Shown here piece by piece: positions 17,690 to 27,400 of a stretch of DNA of 28,438 bases. The notes below the pieces were generated by a model, which made no database searches, was not told the DNA's origin, and saw nothing but the letters and a program-made list of their open reading frames with translations. Origin of the DNA: a bacterium (GTDB lineage: Bacteria; Zhuqueibacterota; Zhuqueibacteria; Zhuqueibacterales; Zhuqueibacteraceae); assembly GCA_044869275.1 (NCBI GenBank), contig JBIOXB010000055.1, forward strand, positions 1 through 28,438. The letters run 5' to 3'. The first letter of the stretch is position 1; each line of letters starts with the position of its first letter. The position numbers were made by a program, and so were the translations under genes.

Positions 17690-18301
17690 ATGAAATCGCA
17701 TGACATGCGACCGCACACGGAGACGCGAGCAGGCCAGGGTGTCGCGCAGAGAACCTTTGCGTATCTTTGCGGATCTGTGCCTTGGCCTGAGATCTCGTTG
17801 AGCCGTTTTTGCTCATTTATGATAATGCCGGTGTTTGCGTTTCGCCTCGGGTTTGCCGGCGAAAAGCCCAATTTCAGCGGCACGTGGACGCTGGACAAAG
17901 ATAAAAGCTTCAGCAACCCTGCGGGGCTCGAGCAGACCATGACGATCACGCACGACAACGATCAGATTAAGCTCGTGGGCAAGCAGAAGACCACGCGCGG
18001 AGGTGAAATCGACCTTAATGAGAGCTACACCCTCGACGGGAAAGAAACCGAATTCGCTCCCACGAACCCGCCCAATGCCAAGGGCAAGCGCAAGGCATAC
18101 TGGCTGCCGAATAACAGGAGTTTTTTAGTTGAAGATGAAATCACTTCGGATTCTCCCGGCGGCCTTGTGGTGCAGAAAATCATGCGAAAATGGCAACTTT
18201 CGCCCGAGGGAGGGGTATTGACCATCGATTACTATTTTGACGGACCGCGCGGCTCTTTCGAGGGCAAGCGTGTTTTCGTGAAGAAAGAGAAAACCGACTG
18301 A
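17690..18301 (+). CDS. Hypothetical secreted protein (lipocalin-like beta fold, PNFSGTWTLD motif)
   Basis: GAGGAG SD at 17675-17680; mature region from KPNFSGTWTLDKDKS to RVFVKK; N-terminal extent uncertain. Confidence 0.7.
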   Translation: MKSHDMRPHTETRAGQGVAQRTFAYLCGSVPWPEISLSRFCSFMIMPVFAFRLGFAGEKPNFSGTWTLDKDKSFSNPAGLEQTMTITHDNDQIKLVGKQKTTRGGEIDLNESYTLDGKETEFAPTNPPNAKGKRKAYWLPNNRSFLVEDEITSDSPGGLVVQKIMRKWQLSPEGGVLTIDYYFDGPRGSFEGKRVFVKKEKTD

Positions 18302-18335
18302 AGACGGCGGCTTGACTGCAGAAGGAGAACTTGCC

Positions 18336-19457
18336 ATGAGGTCTCGCTCCATGGTGCTGGTTGTACTTTTGGTAATTGTCGCGGGAAGGCCTGCACTAAA
18401 TCGTGCGCAAAGTACCATTCCCTTTGATTCGAAACGCTGGGAAATCGAGGCGAAAGAAAGCCGCGTGGAAGAATATCTCGGCCGGCAAAGTCTTTTGCTC
18501 AAAGGTGGACTGGCGCTGGTCAAAGATTCGAAGTTCCTCGACGGTGTGGTCGAATTCGACATCGCTTTTGCAACGGAGCGCACGTTTGTCGGAACCGTTT
18601 GGCGCGTGTTGGACAATCGCAACTATGAGGAGTTTTATTTTCGCCCGCATCAATCCGGCAATCCGGACGCAAATCAATACACACCGGTTTTCAACGGCGA
18701 TGCCGGCTGGCAGCTTTATTATGGCGAGGATTTCGCCGCTCCCGTGCGCTATCGCTTCAATGAGTGGATGCGCGTCAAAATCGTCGTCGCCGGCAAACAG
18801 GCCGAGGTTTACATCATGGACATGGAAACGCCTGCGCTATTTATTCCGGAGTTGAAGCGCGAACCCGCCTCCGGCCGAGTTGGTTTGAGCGCCCTGGATT
18901 TTGCTCCCGCGCATTATTCAAATTTTTCTTTCACCTCATCGAACGCGCCGGCGCTCAAAGGAAAAGCCAAGCCTCAGAAGCCCGCACCCCAAGGCTTGAT
19001 CACGGCGTGGTCGGTTTCAAGCGGATTTTCCGAAAAAAACTTGCAGGGCAAATTTCAATTGAGCGAATCTGATAAAGCCGGATTGACTTGGAACAGACTG
19101 GAATCCGAGGCTACCGGCATCACCAACCTCGCGCGCCTGGTCGCCCTCGGAGAGCAGAGTAACACGACTTTCGCCCGCCTCGTCATCACCTCTGAGCGCG
19201 AGCAGATCAAAGAAATGAAGTTCGGCTTCAGCGATCGCGTGCGCGTTTATCTCAATGATCATCTGCTCTACGCCGGAAGCGACGGTTTTGTCTCACGCGA
19301 CTATCGCTTCTTGGGAACCGTCGGCCTTTGGGATGTGCTCTATCTGCCGTTGAAAAAAGGCCGCAATGAGCTGTGGCTGGCGGTCTCGGAAAATTTCGGC
19401 GGCTGGGGCGTCGTTGCTGCGATCGAGGATATGAGCGGCATTCAGATTCAATATTGA
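18336..19457 (+). CDS. Hypothetical secreted protein with ConA-like/DUF1080-like N-terminal domain and C-terminal jelly-roll-like domain
   Basis: AAGGAG SD and signal peptide; FLDGVVEFDI, NEWMRVKIVV, GRVGL, YSNF; C-terminal FGFSDRVRVYLN..LPLKKGRNELWLAV. Confidence 0.7.
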   Translation: MRSRSMVLVVLLVIVAGRPALNRAQSTIPFDSKRWEIEAKESRVEEYLGRQSLLLKGGLALVKDSKFLDGVVEFDIAFATERTFVGTVWRVLDNRNYEEFYFRPHQSGNPDANQYTPVFNGDAGWQLYYGEDFAAPVRYRFNEWMRVKIVVAGKQAEVYIMDMETPALFIPELKREPASGRVGLSALDFAPAHYSNFSFTSSNAPALKGKAKPQKPAPQGLITAWSVSSGFSEKNLQGKFQLSESDKAGLTWNRLESEATGITNLARLVALGEQSNTTFARLVITSEREQIKEMKFGFSDRVRVYLNDHLLYAGSDGFVSRDYRFLGTVGLWDVLYLPLKKGRNELWLAVSENFGGWGVVAAIEDMSGIQIQY

Positions 19458-19630
19458 GGCCGGGAAATGAAGTGAATGCCGCTATGCCCATCACCATTGA
19501 ATTTGCCGAAAAGCTCAATGCGCTTGGGATAACTGATTTCGACCAAGTCATCGATGCTCATCATAGCCGTATCGTAACCCGCGAGGAATTCAAGGCAACG
19601 TTGCAGAAGGCAGGATATGAGGAATTTTGA
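19454..19630 (+). pseudogene. Short remnant ORF, possibly the C-terminal tail of a metallo-beta-lactamase-fold protein
   Basis: Protein-like text PITIEFAEKLNALGITDFDQVIDAHHSRIVTREEF with no good SD or N-terminus; family assignment is inference. Confidence 0.35.
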
Positions 19631-19649
19631 TGAACCGCCTTTTTGAATT

Positions 19650-20135
19650 ATGAGAAGAATCATGTTTTTCGCCGTAATCGTGCTCGTACCGCTTTCTTTT
19701 GCCCTCGCGCAAAAGCCCGTGCTCGCGCCCGATGAGAATTTACTGCACGAGCAGGAAATCAGGAAATTGCTCGACGTGTTTGCCCAAGCATTTGCACAAG
19801 TCGATACTGCCATTTTGAGGAACTTGATCGCCGATGATTATGTCCACACCAATTTGACCGGCGAAGTTCTCAACAAGGCGCAATGGCTGGAACGCGCCAA
19901 AATGCGTCGCGCCGACCTCAGCGCCGGAAAGTTCAGGATCGATCATTACAGCTACGACGATGTCAGGATACGGATTTACCGCAATACTGCACTGGTTACC
20001 GGCCAGGCCACTACCTTGGGTTTCCAAGAAGGCAAAGAATTCAAATCGAATTTGCGTTTCACCAATGTCTGGGTGAAGCGTGAAGTCCGCTGGCAGCGCG
20101 TGGCTTTTCATGATTCCAATCTCGCGCCATTTTGA
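19650..20135 (+). CDS. Secreted NTF2-like/SnoaL (DUF4440) protein
   Basis: Signal peptide; LIADDYVHTN..GEVLNKAQWL..DVRIRIYRNTALVTG..RFTNVWVKREVRWQRVAFH. Confidence 0.85.
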   Translation: MRRIMFFAVIVLVPLSFALAQKPVLAPDENLLHEQEIRKLLDVFAQAFAQVDTAILRNLIADDYVHTNLTGEVLNKAQWLERAKMRRADLSAGKFRIDHYSYDDVRIRIYRNTALVTGQATTLGFQEGKEFKSNLRFTNVWVKREVRWQRVAFHDSNLAPF

Positions 20136-20226
20136 TTTTTGTAATGAGTCCGAGAGCTTTGTGGAGGTCATGCGAGTGATACCCGTCTCATGTGCCATTC
20201 TTTCGAGCAGAAACGCGCCACCAGAA

Positions 20227-20298
20227 TGTCATTCCGCCAGGAATTTTCCCGCGCACTGGTGCCGTATTCATGCGAGGGAAGATGCTTACAGCATGACA
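20227..20298 (-). repeat. REPIN-like element, copy 2 (inverted relative to copy 1)
   Basis: 20275-20298 is the exact reverse complement of 14085-14108 (24 bp). 20227-20250 matches the reverse complement of 14130-14152 with one insertion and one substitution. Confidence 0.8.
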
Positions 20299-21036
20299 AA
20301 AAGATTGTTTTGTTTTTTCCTTTTGATTTGGCTTGCATCAAGCCAGGCGCAACAAGTTGCAGATACGACCTTTAATCCTCCTATCGCACAACCGGCCTAT
20401 GCCCACGGCCACGGCCCGGTGGTCATGCTGGATGAAGCACATTTCAATTTTCACACCGCAACCGGGCGCTATCGGCCTTTTGCGCAATTGTTGCGCCGCG
20501 ATGGGTATGTCGTGCAAGCCTCCACATCTCGTTTCAGTAAAGAAAGCCTGCGCCAGGGCAAAATTCTCGTCGTTGCCAATGCTCTGGCGGAGGTGAATCA
20601 GGGAAATTGGTCGCTGCCCAATCCTTCGGCGTTTGCCGATGATGAAATCGCTGCGGTCCGCGAATGGGTTCACGCCGGCGGCGCGCTGTTGTTGATCGCG
20701 GATCACATGCCGTTCGCCGGCGCGGCAGAAAAGCTGGGCGCAGCATTTGGGTTCCGTTTCAGCAATTGCTTCGCTGTGGCTTCCGATTCGCTGTTGAACT
20801 CAACATTCGTATTTCGCCGCTCGGACGGCTCGCTGGCGAATCACGTCATCAAGGAGGGCCGCACAAATGCCGAGCGCATCGACTCTGTGGTCGCCTTCAC
20901 CGGCTCCGCATTTCAAGTGGAGGCCAATGTACAACACTTATTCTATGAATTCTTAAAGTTTTGGCGAATTTATGGACCAACCTTGGGAACATCCCGATTG
21001 GTACGATCTGCACGACACGGCTTGGACTGCCGGTAG
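20293..21036 (+). pseudogene. Secreted DUF4350/GATase1-like protein, apparently 3'-truncated near 20930
   Basis: Signal peptide MTKRLFCFFLLIWLASSQA; LDEAHFNFHT, LRRDGY, WVHAGGALLLIADHMPF, FTGSAF. After ~20930 the sequence turns AT-rich and the frame overlaps the next gene. Confidence 0.65.
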
Positions 21037-21596
21037 TGAGCGCGAGCCTGAGCATTATCGTGAGCTTGTGCTGGCGCTGCCGGCTTTGGATCGCCAGCAT
21101 CATCTCATCGACGCCGGCGCAGGCACGGGCAAACTCGCGGGGTTGATTGCCAATGGTTATGCGAACCTCGGTCAAATCACTTTGATCGAGCCAAATCAAC
21201 AGAAGCTCGAGCGCGTGCAAACGCGGCTGGCCAAAGTTTTGCCGCAGGCGAAAATCGAAGCGCTCGCGGCAGCGCTTGGCGAGCATCAAGATCTTCCGAA
21301 AGCTGTCGCCAATTTGGTGACTGTCGGCAGTGTCTTCATGCCCACCATGTTGTTGCGCGGCGGCTCACTCCGTGACGGCCGTGAGTGGTTGCGCCGCGCC
21401 CTTGCGGATTTGGCTCTCATGCTTCGCCCGGGTGGATGGCTGTACTGTCTCGAGACTCTGGCTGCGCCGTCTCAACATGCCGGAGTTTGTTGCGGAAATC
21501 CAACACGCCGGTTTCGAGCAGGTGGAATGTACTTATCGCTTTCGCGATCGCGTGACGATCCGCGGCCAAACCTCCATTAAGCTCAGCCGGCGTTGA
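20972..21596 (+). pseudogene. Class I SAM-dependent methyltransferase, frameshifted near 21465
   Basis: LIDAGAGTG motif I and LRPGGWLYCLE; the natural C-terminus (RRLNMPEFVAEIQHAGFEQVECTYRFRDRVTIRG) is in a different frame ending at 21596. Confidence 0.7.
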
Positions 21597-21640
21597 AACC
21601 AAGCGTTTTCACACCGACTGAATCAGCCTGGGTGAAGACT

Positions 21641-21760
21641 CTCGTTCCACCGCGCAGTGGTGGAATGCATGCGATGACGCTCTGCGTCCGGAAAAATTAG
21701 GCTTTGATAAGGATTGCAAATAGAAAACGGGATCGGACTAAAGACTGGAACGCAGAGCGT
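21641..21760. repeat. Partial REP-like cluster (TTCCACC/GGTGGAA hairpin plus ACGCTCTGCGT/ACGCAGAGCGT inverted pair)
   Basis: TTCCACC (21645-21651) pairs with GGTGGAA (21659-21665); perfect 11-bp inverted repeat at 21677-21687 and 21750-21760. Confidence 0.65.
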
Positions 21761-21767
21761 TTTAACA

Positions 21768-21850
21768 GACCTCACGACCCCGGCGCTGTCAGGCGGCAAT
21801 TTGTATTTGCGCGATGACAAAGAAGAACTCTGTCTGAACTTGAAAGGACA
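21768..21850 (+). pseudogene. C-terminal remnant of a third PQQ-like beta-propeller gene
   Basis: TTPALSGGNLYLRDDKEELCLNLKG aligns with the ends of both intact paralogues (ASPAIANGMIFIRGEKNLYCIG; ASPAVVDNELYLRGRRFLYCIV). Confidence 0.65.
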
Positions 21851-21862
21851 AAGGCCGTGCGC

Positions 21863-23002
21863 ATGTCAGAAATTACAACAGCGGGGCTTGTTGCGATGCT
21901 ATTACTGGCCTGCCGGATAGGTCTGGCTTCGTCCGCTTTTCAAACAGAATCCTTCGACGCGATCTTCGCGAAATCTCTGCATGCCATGGGCGGCGAGGGC
22001 GAGCTGAAAAAAATTCAAAGTATCACGGCTTTGGCGCATTGCACCGGGCCGCGTGGAAAATACACAACTGAAGTCTATTCCGCACGAAAGGAGCGGTTGT
22101 TGTTCAAGCAAGTTTCTGCTGGCGGGGAGGTTTTTCTCGCCTGCGTGAACGGTGATTACGCCTGGCTCAAAGAGCAAAAAACCGGGCAAGTCTCGCAAGC
22201 CGACAAAGCCCTTGCTGCCGGCATTCGCGGACATGAGTTTCAAATGATGGCGATGGTTTTGCCGGAACGTTACAAAAACCCGAAGCCTGAAGGCGAGGAA
22301 GATTTCGGCGGCATGGGCTGCTATAAATTCAAAATGATCGACGAGCTGGGCAATCCCTGCCAGGTCTATTTTAGCAAGACTTCCCAGCTTTGGGCAGGCA
22401 AAGTGATTTTGGATCCGCGCAGCGACAAAGGCGAGACCGTACGTGTAGTGATTAACGCATGGAAGACAGTTGGTAAGGTTAAGCTCCCTTCCAAAGTGAC
22501 GGCCACGGACAAATCCGGCGACTGGGTTCTCGATTTTCATGAGATTCAATTGAATGGAGTTGGGGAAAACATTTTTGACGTTCCGCCGAGTATTTTGGCG
22601 ATTAGAGAGCTGTTGCAATTGCAGCAACAGGCGCGCGCCGCGCATTTCGGCAAAGATGCCAGGTTGCTGGTTTCGACGTTTGCGGATGATTTCATCAATA
22701 TTCGCAATGGGAAAATTACACGCCCGGCGCGCGACGAAAGCATCGACCGGCTTCAGGCATATTTCGACCGCTCGGAATTTTTGGAATGGGATGATATTTC
22801 ACCGCCGATTGTTCGCGTGGCGCAGGATGCGACCATGGCCTATGTCATCGTGCACAAGCGCGTGCGGCTCAAAGCGAAAAACGAGCAAGGTGCAACGGAA
22901 GAACAAACCACCATTTTCGCCTGGATGGAGACTTACGAAAAGCAAAATGGCAAGTGGGTGCTCATGGCCGTGGTTTCAACGAATGAGCCGGTGGCGCCGT
23001 GA
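21863..23002 (+). CDS. Secreted two-domain protein: LolA-like/outer-membrane-sorting-like N-domain plus C-terminal SnoaL/NTF2-like domain
   Basis: Signal peptide with possible LLAC lipobox; AMGGEGELKKIQSI..WKTVGKVKLP..IFDVP, then FADDFINI..AWMETYEKQNGKWVLMAVVS. Confidence 0.7.
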   Translation: MSEITTAGLVAMLLLACRIGLASSAFQTESFDAIFAKSLHAMGGEGELKKIQSITALAHCTGPRGKYTTEVYSARKERLLFKQVSAGGEVFLACVNGDYAWLKEQKTGQVSQADKALAAGIRGHEFQMMAMVLPERYKNPKPEGEEDFGGMGCYKFKMIDELGNPCQVYFSKTSQLWAGKVILDPRSDKGETVRVVINAWKTVGKVKLPSKVTATDKSGDWVLDFHEIQLNGVGENIFDVPPSILAIRELLQLQQQARAAHFGKDARLLVSTFADDFINIRNGKITRPARDESIDRLQAYFDRSEFLEWDDISPPIVRVAQDATMAYVIVHKRVRLKAKNEQGATEEQTTIFAWMETYEKQNGKWVLMAVVSTNEPVAP

Positions 23003-23150
23003 CGAACCTCGATCGGTTTCAGACGAGGCCACTACCTCGAGTTTTTGTACTTGCTCGAGATGAAATGAGTGTGTAACATCTGAGGCGCAAAGTAGCTTTG
23101 CCAGGCATAACCCCCTGAAATGTCATGCACTTAAATGAAAGGATGAAGAA

Positions 23151-24458
23151 ATGGCCGTTGCGATTCTATTGGTGGTGTTGTCATTCGCAACCAATTCCCC
23201 GCCCAATTTTGAAAAATATTGGCCGCAGTGGCGCGGTCCTTCCGCCACCGGTGTTGCCCTGCACGCGAATCCACCGCTGCAGTGGAACGAAACCAAAAAC
23301 ATCCGCTGGAAGATTGAAGTGCCGGGCAAGGGTCTTTCTTCACCGATCGTCTGGGGCGATCACGTTTTCATAACGACCGCGATTCCCGCGGCTCGGAATG
23401 TTGCGCCCGCATCACCGGCTGCTGAGGGATCGTCCCGGCGAGGTATAGCGGCCACGGACGTGCTCAAGTTCGTGCTGCTGGCCCTCTCGCGCCGCGACGG
23501 CAGCGTGGTTTGGCAGCGCACTGCCGCTGAGGCTCTGCCGCATGAAGGCACGCACACGGACGGTAGTTGGGCTTCAAACTCGCCGGTCACGGATGGCGAG
23601 CTGATCATTGCCTCCTTCGGCTCGCGCGGACTGTTCTGCTACGATCTGCAAGGCAAGCCCATTTGGCAAAAAGATCTCGGGGACATGAGCACGCGCCTCG
23701 GCTTCGGTGAAGGCAGCTCGCCTGCCTTGCACGGCAACACGCTCGTGGTGAATTGGGATCACGAAGGCCAGTCGTTTATCGTTGCGCTCGACAAACGCAC
23801 GGGCAAGGAATTGTGGAAAGCCGATCGCGACGAGCAGACTTCGTGGGCTACGCCGCTGGTCGTGATACACGAAGGCCAGCCGCAAGTCATCGTCCCCGCG
23901 ACCAATCGCGTGCGCAGTTATGACTTGACCAGCGGCGAGGTCGTCTGGGAATGTGGTGGCATGACCGCAAATGTAATTCCTTCACCCGTCACCACCGAGG
24001 GCATGGTCTATGTCACCAGTGGTTTTCGCGGCAGCGCCCTGCTTGCGATCCGGCTCGAGGGCGCGAAAGGCGATCTCAGCAACTCTGCCTCCGTGGTTTG
24101 GAAATACGATCAGGACACGCCCTACGTACCTTCCCCGCTGCTTTATGACAACAAGCTTTATTTTCTGAAAGTGAACACCGGCGTGCTCTCATGTTTTAAT
24201 GCCAAAACCGGAGAGCCATTTTACAGCCGGCAACGCCTCGAAAACGTCGCAAACGTCTATGCTTCGCCGGTGGGCGCGGCAGGCCGGGTGTATCTGGTGG
24301 GCAGGGACGGCACGGCGATGGTGATCAAGAACAGCCCAAGCTTCGAAGTGTTGGCGACCAACAAGCTCGAGGACGACATCGATGCTTCACCCGCGGTTGT
24401 CGACAACGAGTTGTATTTGCGCGGACGGAGATTTCTTTATTGCATCGTGGAAGAGTGA
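23151..24458 (+). CDS. Secreted PQQ-like/BamB-like beta-propeller protein (paralogue of 16312-17676)
   Basis: YWPQWRGP, GLSSPIVWG, ASNSPVTDG, SWATPLVV, YVPSPLLY, YASPVGAAG; AAGGA SD. Confidence 0.9.
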   Translation: MAVAILLVVLSFATNSPPNFEKYWPQWRGPSATGVALHANPPLQWNETKNIRWKIEVPGKGLSSPIVWGDHVFITTAIPAARNVAPASPAAEGSSRRGIAATDVLKFVLLALSRRDGSVVWQRTAAEALPHEGTHTDGSWASNSPVTDGELIIASFGSRGLFCYDLQGKPIWQKDLGDMSTRLGFGEGSSPALHGNTLVVNWDHEGQSFIVALDKRTGKELWKADRDEQTSWATPLVVIHEGQPQVIVPATNRVRSYDLTSGEVVWECGGMTANVIPSPVTTEGMVYVTSGFRGSALLAIRLEGAKGDLSNSASVVWKYDQDTPYVPSPLLYDNKLYFLKVNTGVLSCFNAKTGEPFYSRQRLENVANVYASPVGAAGRVYLVGRDGTAMVIKNSPSFEVLATNKLEDDIDASPAVVDNELYLRGRRFLYCIVEE

Positions 24459-27400
24459 GAGCGAAAATGTTTGGACCCTTGGCACTGATCTTTCCGCTTT
24501 TTTGTGCCCGCCTCAGTGCCCAAGAACCGCCCTATCGCATCGAGCATGTTTCCATCGAGCAGGGCGTCCCGCATAATTACATTCAATGCATGCTGCAAGA
24601 TCGCAATGGCTTCATGTGGTTTGGCACGTTGTTGGGATTGGTGCGGTTCGACGGCTACACTTACAAGACTTATCGCCACGACCCTCGTGATCCCTTCTCG
24701 CTCTCAAATGATGATATTGCAGCATTATACGAAGATGCGGACCAAAATCTTTGGATCGGCACGTACCAAGGTGGTCTGAACAAATTCGATCCCCGGCAAG
24801 GAAAATTTACGCGCTATCTCCATAACCCGGCTGATTCTGCCGGAATTTCGCATGGTGCGGTGTGGTCGATTTGTGCCGATCGTTATGGCATGCTATGGAT
24901 CGGAACCGAGGGCGGAGGGTTGTGCAAATTTGATGAAAAGACACAGCGCTTCATGTGCTATCAAAATGATCCGCAAGATGCGCACAGTTTGAGCAGCAAT
25001 TATGTTGCAGAGATTTACGAAGACCAGGCCGGTACGCTGTGGATTGGAACGCTGGGCGGCGGGCTTTGCCGTCTCGACCGCGAGCACAATCGGTTCATCG
25101 CTTATCACCACGATCCAGCAAATTCCAAGAGCTTGAGCTCCGATCGCGTCAGGGCGATCTATGAGGACCAAAACGGTTCGCTTTGGATTGGCACCGGAGG
25201 CGGGGGATTGGACAAGTTTATGCGACCAGGAGAGGAGTTCGAGCATTGTCGCCACGATCCGGCGAATCCGCAAAGCTTGAGTGGAAACAACGTCACGCAT
25301 ATTTTCGAGGATCGCAAGGGGGTTTTGTGGATCGGAACCGCACGCGGCCTGAATCGTTTCGACCGCGAACGCGGTGAATTTACACGTTTTTTCGACAGCT
25401 CCGCCGCAGGCCAGGGTGCGAATTTTATCACGGCGATCTGCCAGGATAATGCCGGCACGCTGTGGATTGGCACGAATCATGACGGCCTCAAAAAAATACA
25501 TGAAGGCGGATGCAAGTTTGGCCGTTATGCTCAGCACCAAGGGGAGGCGGCAGGCTTGAGCCATCGCGTCGTTTTTGGCATTCACGAAGATCGCCGCGAG
25601 CGTCTGTGGATTGGAACGGTTGCGGGACTGGATTTGCTCGATGAAGAGCGGAATCAATTCACACATTATCTGCCGGAATTCGATCCGGACAATCCCATGA
25701 GCGGCAGAACTGTGCTGGCGATTGCCGAGGGCCATTCGGGTGAGCTTTGGCTGGGAACGACGCGCGGCTTGCAGAGATTCGAGCCGGGCACCGGCCGTTT
25801 TCAAGCATATATTACCAATTCATCTGATACCACAAGCTTGAGCCACAATACCGTCACGGCGCTATGCTGGGACCGATTCGGCGCGTTGTGGGTGGGCACA
25901 CGTTGGGGGCTGAATCGCTTCGACCCCAAAACAAAAAACTTCACGCGCTACTACCATCGCTACTCGGATCCCCACAGCCTGAGTGAAAACTATGTCGCTG
26001 CTCTTTATGAAGATCGGAGCGGCACGCTTTGGGTGGGAACTTATGGTGGTCTGAATTATCTCGATCGCGAGCGCCGGCTGTTTGTCCGCTTCAAGCATGA
26101 TATTTCAGATGCGAACAGTCTGAGTCATGATTATTGCTTCACCATCCACGAAGACCGGCGAGGCGCGCTGTGGATTGGCACTGGCGGCGGCCTGAATTTG
26201 CACGATCGCAAAACCGGTGGATTCACACACTACACTGAAAAGCACGGCCTGCCCAATAGCGTGATCTGCGGCATTCTCGAAGATGATCATGGCCGTTTGT
26301 GGCTCAGCACGCAAAAGGGGCTGTCGCGCTTCGATCCCGAAACAGGATCGTTTGCCAATTTCGATCTCTCGGATGGCTTGATGAGCAACTTGTTCACGTT
26401 GGGGTCTTATCACAAACGCAGGAACGGCACCCTGGTTTTTGGTGTATTTTACGGGGTCAACTATTTTCATCCGGATAGTTTGAAAAGCAACCCCTCCGTG
26501 CCGCCGGTTGCGATCACGGCCTTTACCAAAATCGACCAGGGCAAAGAAGTTTCACGCGACGCGGTGGCACTGCAAGAGTTGGAATTGTCTTATCGCGAAA
26601 ATTTTTTCACGCTTGAATTTGCAGCGTTGAATTTCATCCAGCCGGAAAAGAACCAATATGCCTACAGGCTCGAAGGCCTGGAGCCGGACTGGATTCAAGC
26701 TGGTCACCGTCGGCACGCCAGTTACACCGACATAAACCCGGGCAATTACATTTTTCGCGTGAAAGGCTCGAATAACGACGGCGTATGGAATGAACAAGGC
26801 GCTGCGATCAAAATCAGAATCACGCCCCCGTTCTGGAGAACTTCCTGGTTTGCCATACTTTGTGCTGGCGCGACCATTTTGCTCATCGCAGTGGTGCATC
26901 GTCTCGCGGTGCGTGCCAAGATCAATCAACTGCTGGCCATCGAGCGTGCGCGGCGCCTGGAGAGTGAGCAGGTGCGAAAAAGAGCGGCCAATGATTTTCA
27001 TGACGAGCTCGGCCATCGTTTGGCGAGGATTGCGTTGTTCGGCGAAATTGTCAAGCGCAAATGGAAGGGCCAGGCGGAGGAGGCGGCTGCGTATCTCGAC
27101 AAGATCATTGACGACTCGCAGCGCCTCTCGCATGACACCCGCGATTTCATCTGGGCGCTGGATCCCAACAAGGATTCGTTGTTCGAAGCCATGCATTATC
27201 TCCGAGAGTTTGCAGAAGAGTTATTCGACCGCACCGCGATTTCCTTTCATGTCGAGGGATTGACGGAAGAGCTTGACCTGATAAAACTTTCCGCCGAAGC
27301 CAAGCGCCATTTGACGCTGCTGTTCAAAGAAGGCTTGACCAATATTCTCAAGCATGCCGAATGCCGGAGCGCGGCGTTAAAGGTTGAAGTAGTTGGCGGG

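Noticed and set aside
2094..19637. 13-bp direct repeat TTTTGATGAACCG at 2094 and 19625
   Set aside because: Several 13-mer matches are expected by chance in 28 kb, and there is no flanking similarity or associated element.
23060..23125. c-di-GMP-I riboswitch or ECF promoter (GGCGCAAAG, TGTAAC)
   Set aside because: The GCAAAC/GNRA P2 elements are missing and there is no matching -10 element; only a short GCAAAG/CTTTGC hairpin is present.
8620..23150. Integron cassette array
   Set aside because: The spacers lack consistent RYYYAAC/GTTRRRY attC boundaries, several genes overlap by ATGA, and no integrase is present.
23143..23153. Frameshift that would give an MKKMAV start for the second propeller gene
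   Set aside because: ATG 23151 already has a well-spaced AAGGA SD, so no frameshift is needed.
24530..26480. CRISPR or tandem DNA repeats (recurring TGGATTGG/TGGATCGG)
   Set aside because: These are codons of the LWIGT blades of the sensor beta-propeller.
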